From positions 1 through 11,002 of the forward strand of contig JBEQAF010000072.1 of NCBI GenBank assembly GCA_041640455.1: a stretch of DNA of 11,002 nt, in the 5' to 3' direction. Made by a program: the position numbers and the translations under genes. Origin of the DNA: a bacterium. GTDB taxonomy: Bacteria; CALINM01. Positions 6,848 through 11,002 of the stretch are shown one piece after another. Under the pieces are notes generated by a model. It saw only the letters and a program-made list of their open reading frames with translations. It searched no databases and was not told the DNA's origin. Each line of letters opens with the position of its first letter. Positions within the stretch are counted from its first letter, which is position 1.

Positions 6848-7701
6848 AAACCATAAAAGATATTATCCTCTGGGGTAGAAATTTTCTTAAAAATAAAGGT
6901 GTTGAATCCTTTAGTCTGGATACAGACCTGATAATATCATCAATCTTAGGTAGGGAAAAAAGTTTCCTCTATGCCCATCCTGAGTTTGAACCCTCAAATG
7001 AGCAGATTGGCAGGATTAAAAAGCTTATCACCCTTAGAGGTCATAGATTTCCTGTTTCCTATCTGTTGAACTCTAAGGAGTTTTATGGCTTAGAGTTTTA
7101 TATCGAAAGGGGGGTATTTACACCAAGACCTGAGACAGAGATTCTTGTGAGTAACCTGTTAGATACTATAAATGCTGAATATAAAAATCGGAATGTAAAA
7201 ATGTTTGAGATAGGTCTCGGATCGGGAGCAATATCTGTGGTTGTGGGGTTAAATGCGGTTAACGCAACCATCTATGGCTGTGATGTTAGCAAAAAAGCTA
7301 TTTCAATTAGCAAAAAAAATATATTAAGATATAATCTCGGCGACAGAGTTCATATTATCAGGAGCTTTGATTTTGATGCCGTGAAGGAAGCCAGCTTTGA
7401 TATTATCGTTTCAAACCCGCCCTATCTTAGCTTAAATGATTATTTATCGGCTGAGAAGGAGGTTAGGAAGGAACCAAGAAAGGCATTGATAGCCAGAGAC
7501 AGGGGGTTATTTCTTATTAAAAAGATTATCAGGGAAGGTAGAAGATTTTTAAAAAATCAGAGAGGATTTATTTTTATTGAGATCGGAGATGGTCAGGGAG
7601 AGGAGCTAAAAAATTATTCCCTTAAATTTGGATTGGAAGCAGAGATTATAAAGGATTATGCTGATAAAGAGAGAGTTTTAAAGATAAGTGTGGGGTATTA
7701 A
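6844..7701 (+). CDS. prmC: Release factor glutamine N5-methyltransferase PrmC (HemK)
   Basis: [12 protein letters not shown]-binding [18 protein letters not shown] and EIGDGQ...[12 protein letters not shown] overlap with the prfA stop. Confidence 0.96.
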   Translation: MKTIKDIILWGRNFLKNKGVESFSLDTDLIISSILGREKSFLYAHPEFEPSNEQIGRIKKLITLRGHRFPVSYLLNSKEFYGLEFYIERGVFTPRPETEILVSNLLDTINAEYKNRNVKMFEIGLGSGAISVVVGLNAVNATIYGCDVSKKAISISKKNILRYNLGDRVHIIRSFDFDAVKEASFDIIVSNPPYLSLNDYLSAEKEVRKEPRKALIARDRGLFLIKKIIREGRRFLKNQRGFIFIEIGDGQGEELKNYSLKFGLEAEIIKDYADKERVLKISVGY

Positions 7702-7721
7702 CCGCTCTATCAGGGGGGACT

Positions 7722-8981
7722 ATGGATAAGTTTATTATAAAGGGTGGTTACAGATTATCAGGTGAGGTGGAGATCAGCGGTGCAAAAAATGCCGCTCTTC
7801 CGCTTATGGCTGCATGTCTTCTTACCGAAGGTAGCTGTGTTCTTGATAATGTTCCTTTCCTGAAAGATATAGAAACCATGCAGAAGCTTCTTATATCATT
7901 TGGTGCAGAAGTTGAGCGTGAAAAATCAGGCAGACTAAAAATCTATTCAAAAAAGATTTCAAATCATGAAGCGCCCTATGACCTTGTGAGAACCATGAGG
8001 GCATCAGTTCTTGCTCTTGGTCCATTGGTTGCAAGGTATGGAAAAGCTAAGATATCAATGCCAGGAGGCTGTGCCATAGGTGACAGACCCATAAACCTGC
8101 ATCTTGATGCCTTAAAAAAGATGGGCGCAAAGATTGAGCAGTCTCACGGCTACATAATTGCCACTGCAAAAAGACTTAAAGGTGCCAAGATATATTTTGA
8201 TATTCAGACCGTAACGGGCACAGAAAATGTAATTATGGCGGCAGCTCTGGCAAAGGGCGAGACCATTATTGAGAATGCAGCAAAAGAGCCCGAAGTTATT
8301 GATCTGGTCAATTTTCTAAGAAAAATGGGAGCAAAAATTTCAGGTGAAGGGACATCCATTATAAGTGTGGAAGGAGTTGATGAGCTAAAACCTGCTGAAC
8401 ACAGAGTAATACCTGACAGGATTGAGGCTGGCAGTTATATTATTGCCGCCGCAGCCACCTGTGGAAATGTGCTTGTTAAAAACTGTCTGATAGAACATCT
8501 TGATGCGCTTGAACAAAAGCTGATTGAAACAGGTGTAACTATAAAAAAAGAGGAAAAGGGGATAAGGGTTATCGGTAAAAGGGATATTAAGAGTGTGGAC
8601 ATTACCACCCTGCCTTACCCTGGGTTTCCTACTGACTTACAGGCGCAGTTTATGGCTCTTATGACCGTTGCAAGAGGTCTATCGGTGATAAGAGAAACAA
8701 TTTTTGAAAACCGTTTTATTCATGTGAGTGAGCTAAAGAGAATGGGTGCTGACATTACCATAAAAGATAAAAACGCCATTGTAAAAGGCGTTGAAGGTCT
8801 TACAGGAGCACCTGTTATGGTCTCCGATCTTAGAGCCGGTGCAGCTCTTGTAATAGCTGGATTGATTGCCGAAGGGGAGTCAGAGATTTTGAGGATTTAT
8901 CATCTCGACAGAGGTTATGAAAGTATGGAAAAAAAGCTGTCCAAACTGGGTGCTAAGATAAAAAGAGTAAAAGATAAATAG
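7722..8981 (+). CDS. murA: UDP-N-acetylglucosamine 1-carboxyvinyltransferase
   Basis: [30 protein letters not shown] (catalytic Cys retained), [28 protein letters not shown] and [16 protein letters not shown]. Confidence 0.99.
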   Translation: MDKFIIKGGYRLSGEVEISGAKNAALPLMAACLLTEGSCVLDNVPFLKDIETMQKLLISFGAEVEREKSGRLKIYSKKISNHEAPYDLVRTMRASVLALGPLVARYGKAKISMPGGCAIGDRPINLHLDALKKMGAKIEQSHGYIIATAKRLKGAKIYFDIQTVTGTENVIMAAALAKGETIIENAAKEPEVIDLVNFLRKMGAKISGEGTSIISVEGVDELKPAEHRVIPDRIEAGSYIIAAAATCGNVLVKNCLIEHLDALEQKLIETGVTIKKEEKGIRVIGKRDIKSVDITTLPYPGFPTDLQAQFMALMTVARGLSVIRETIFENRFIHVSELKRMGADITIKDKNAIVKGVEGLTGAPVMVSDLRAGAALVIAGLIAEGESEILRIYHLDRGYESMEKKLSKLGAKIKRVKDK

Positions 8982-8990
8982 AGGATAATT

Positions 8991-9611
8991 TTGATAACCA
9001 TTGCGCTTTCTAAGGGACGAATATTAAAAGAAGAGCTGGCTTTATTACGAAATGCTGGCTACGAGCTGGATGAGATTTTGAGAGACGATAGAAAGCTTTT
9101 TTTTGAGTTTCCTGAGTTTAATCTAAACATTATGCTTTTAAAACCCTTTGATGTGCCCATATATGTTGAAAAGGGCTCTGCCGATCTGGGGATGGTGGGG
9201 CTTGATGTGATTTATGAGGAAGATAGAGATATTTTAAGACTTATTGACCTTAATATGGGGCTATGTCGTATGGTTGTGGCAAAACCAAAAAAAAATTCCA
9301 GACCAGTTGGCGATAAGGTAAGAGTGGGCACAAAGTTTCCAAATATTGCAAAGGCTTTCTATGACAGAAAGGGAATAAATGTGGAGATAATAAAACTATA
9401 TGGTTCGATTGAGCTTGCACCGATTGTGGGGCTATCTGATTATATTGTGGACATTGTATCAAGCGGTGAGACTCTAAGAAAGAACGGGCTTTACGAAGTT
9501 GAAGAGGTAATAAGAGTATCATCCTATCTTATCGGTAACAGGGTATCTTTTAAAACAAAATTTCAAGATATAAAAGAGGTTATAGAGAGGCTGAAGAAGG
9601 CTGTGAGGTAA
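8991..9611 (+). CDS. hisG: ATP phosphoribosyltransferase, short form (HisGs)
   Basis: ITIALSKGRI, DVPIYVEKGSADLGMVGLDV, TKFPNIA and KLYGSIELAPIVGLSDYIVDIVSSGETLRKNGL. At 206 aa it lacks the C-terminal regulatory domain. TTG start with SD GAGGA. Confidence 0.97.
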   Translation: MITIALSKGRILKEELALLRNAGYELDEILRDDRKLFFEFPEFNLNIMLLKPFDVPIYVEKGSADLGMVGLDVIYEEDRDILRLIDLNMGLCRMVVAKPKKNSRPVGDKVRVGTKFPNIAKAFYDRKGINVEIIKLYGSIELAPIVGLSDYIVDIVSSGETLRKNGLYEVEEVIRVSSYLIGNRVSFKTKFQDIKEVIERLKKAVR

Positions 9612-9615
9612 TTTT

Positions 9616-10923
9616 ATGGGCATATTTATTTCAAGAAGCAAGGAAATAGAAAAATTTTTAAAAAAGATGGATAATCGCCTATCCTTAAGCTCTGGTGAGG
9701 AGGATACTGTTAGAACCATAATCTCCCGTGTGAGAGAAAAAGGAGATAGGGCGATAATTGATTATTCCGAAAGATTTGATAGGGTAAAACTAAATACCAG
9801 AGATTTTTTTGTTTCTCCATCTGAATGGGAAGAGGGTATTAAAAGGATAGATAAAAAGATTAAAGAGGTTATTGATTTAGTCGCTGAACGGCTTTATGAG
9901 TTTTATGAAAAGACAAAATATAACTCCTATTTTTATTATGACAGATACAACAATTTTCTGGGAAATAAGGTAATACCTCTTGAACGAGTGCTGGTATATG
10001 CGCCTGGTGGAAAGGCTGTCTACCCCTCTTCAGTACTTATGGGAGCCATACCAGCCAGAGTTGCAGGTGTGGATGAAATAATTTTGACCACTCCCGATAG
10101 AGGTAATGGTATAAAACCATCTATCCTTTATGCTGCAAAAAAAGCAGGAATATCAAAAATATGCAGACTTGGAGGAGCTCAGGCAATAGCGGGTTTTGCC
10201 TTAGGTACTAAAACTCTCCCACGGGTTGATAAGATTGTGGGTCCTGGAAACATTTATGTGGCGCTGGCAAAGAAAGAGCTTTACGGTTATGTAGATATTG
10301 ATATGGTTGCAGGTCCCAGTGAGATACTGGTTATTTTTGACAGTAGTGCTAATATTGATTTTGTTGCCATTGACATGCTATCCCAGCTTGAACACGATGA
10401 GAATGCCATAGCCGTGGGGTTATCCGATAATGCCGAACTTTGCAGAAAGCTTGAAAAGATACTTATCAAAAAAGCCAGAAGCTCAGAAAGATGGACTATT
10501 ATTGAAAAATCTCTGAAAAATTCTGCAATTATTTCCCTTAATAACATTAAAGAGTGTATAGATGTGGCAAATAGAATTGCCCCTGAACATCTGGAACTTT
10601 CAATAAAAGAGCCATACACTCTGCTACCCTATGTAAAAAAAGCTGGAGCAGTATTTTTAGGCTCCAATACACCCGAAGCCATAGGCGATTATATAGCTGG
10701 TCCCAATCATATTCTACCCACCGGTGGTACGGCAAGATTTTTTTCTCCTCTCGGCGTTGAAAGTTTTCTTAAAAGGATTAGTATTATAAACTTTTCTGAG
10801 ACTGGATTAGCCTCGCTTGGCGATTATGTGGTTAATTTTGCCAATGAGGAGGGGTTATATGCCCATAGCCATTCTGTATCAGAAAGACTAAAAAAAATTA
10901 AAAGGAAGAAAAATGAGGATTAA
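9616..10923 (+). CDS. hisD: Histidinol dehydrogenase
   Basis: YAPGGKAVYPSSVLM, GGAQAIA, DKIVGPGNIYV, IDMVAGPSE, SQLEHD, APEHLEL and GDYIAGPNHILPTGGTARF. Confidence 0.98.
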   Translation: MGIFISRSKEIEKFLKKMDNRLSLSSGEEDTVRTIISRVREKGDRAIIDYSERFDRVKLNTRDFFVSPSEWEEGIKRIDKKIKEVIDLVAERLYEFYEKTKYNSYFYYDRYNNFLGNKVIPLERVLVYAPGGKAVYPSSVLMGAIPARVAGVDEIILTTPDRGNGIKPSILYAAKKAGISKICRLGGAQAIAGFALGTKTLPRVDKIVGPGNIYVALAKKELYGYVDIDMVAGPSEILVIFDSSANIDFVAIDMLSQLEHDENAIAVGLSDNAELCRKLEKILIKKARSSERWTIIEKSLKNSAIISLNNIKECIDVANRIAPEHLELSIKEPYTLLPYVKKAGAVFLGSNTPEAIGDYIAGPNHILPTGGTARFFSPLGVESFLKRISIINFSETGLASLGDYVVNFANEEGLYAHSHSVSERLKKIKRKKNED

Positions 10924-11002
10924 AGAAGATATAAAAAGCCTAATCCCTTATTTTATAGATGAAAAGCCTGTAAGATTTAAACTTGATGCAAATGAGAGCC
11001 CC
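10913..11002 (+). CDS. hisC: Histidinol-phosphate aminotransferase, N-terminal fragment (runs off the window; absent from the ORF track)
   Basis: The ATG at 10913 follows SD AGGAAG and overlaps the hisD end by 11 nt. It reads MRIKEDIKSLIPYFIDEKPVRFKLDANESP, which contains the HisC PY...KLDANE(N/S)P N-terminal motif, and it directly follows hisD. Confidence 0.88.
   Translation, partial: MRIKEDIKSLIPYFIDEKPVRFKLDANESP

Noticed and set aside
7722..8981. Intrinsic fosfomycin-resistant MurA
   Set aside because: The active-site Cys in PGGCAIG is retained, with no Cys-to-Asp change.
9287..9295. A9 homopolymer in hisG (and T8/A8 runs elsewhere) as a phase-variation or frameshift site
   Set aside because: Reading frames are intact, and such runs are expected from Lys/Phe codons in an AT-rich genome.
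309..10735. Minus-strand ORFs (309-629, 747-953, 960-1199, 1192-1470, 1679-2074, 2186-2368, 3578-3817, 4098-4337, 5210-5434, 6052-6267, 9250-9522, 9519-9719, 10287-10619, 10547-10735) and nested plus-strand ORFs (3391-3618, 3998-4183)
   Set aside because: All overlap well-supported genes, many are S/F/L/I-rich as expected for antisense shadows of purine-rich coding DNA, and none has a recognisable motif.

Overview
AT-rich bacterial window with every supported gene on the + strand. It probably starts at a contig end, because bases 1-17 match the Illumina TruSeq adapter end GTGTGCTCTTCCGATCT. The left part (19-2444) holds three genes: the 3' end of a DUF1998 (MrfA/YprA-type) helicase fused to a DEDDy/RNase_H_2 exonuclease domain, a GAF-GGDEF cyclase, and an unknown HEAT-like protein. 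The right part (2580-11002) is a housekeeping cluster: rho-rpmE-thyX-DUF1385-prfA-prmC-murA-hisG(short)-hisD-hisC(partial). As recalled, this order matches Geobacter and related Desulfobacterota. The main finding is that the GGDEF enzyme has Ser235 where canonical diguanylate cyclases have the guanine-specificity Asp (PleD D344). That is the Hypr GGDEF signature of 3',3'-cGAMP synthases. It also has a cNMP-type GAF domain and an intact RxxD I-site, so it resembles GacB, and it is tightly linked to the uncharacterised HEAT-like gene. No RNA genes, CRISPR arrays or mobile elements were seen.
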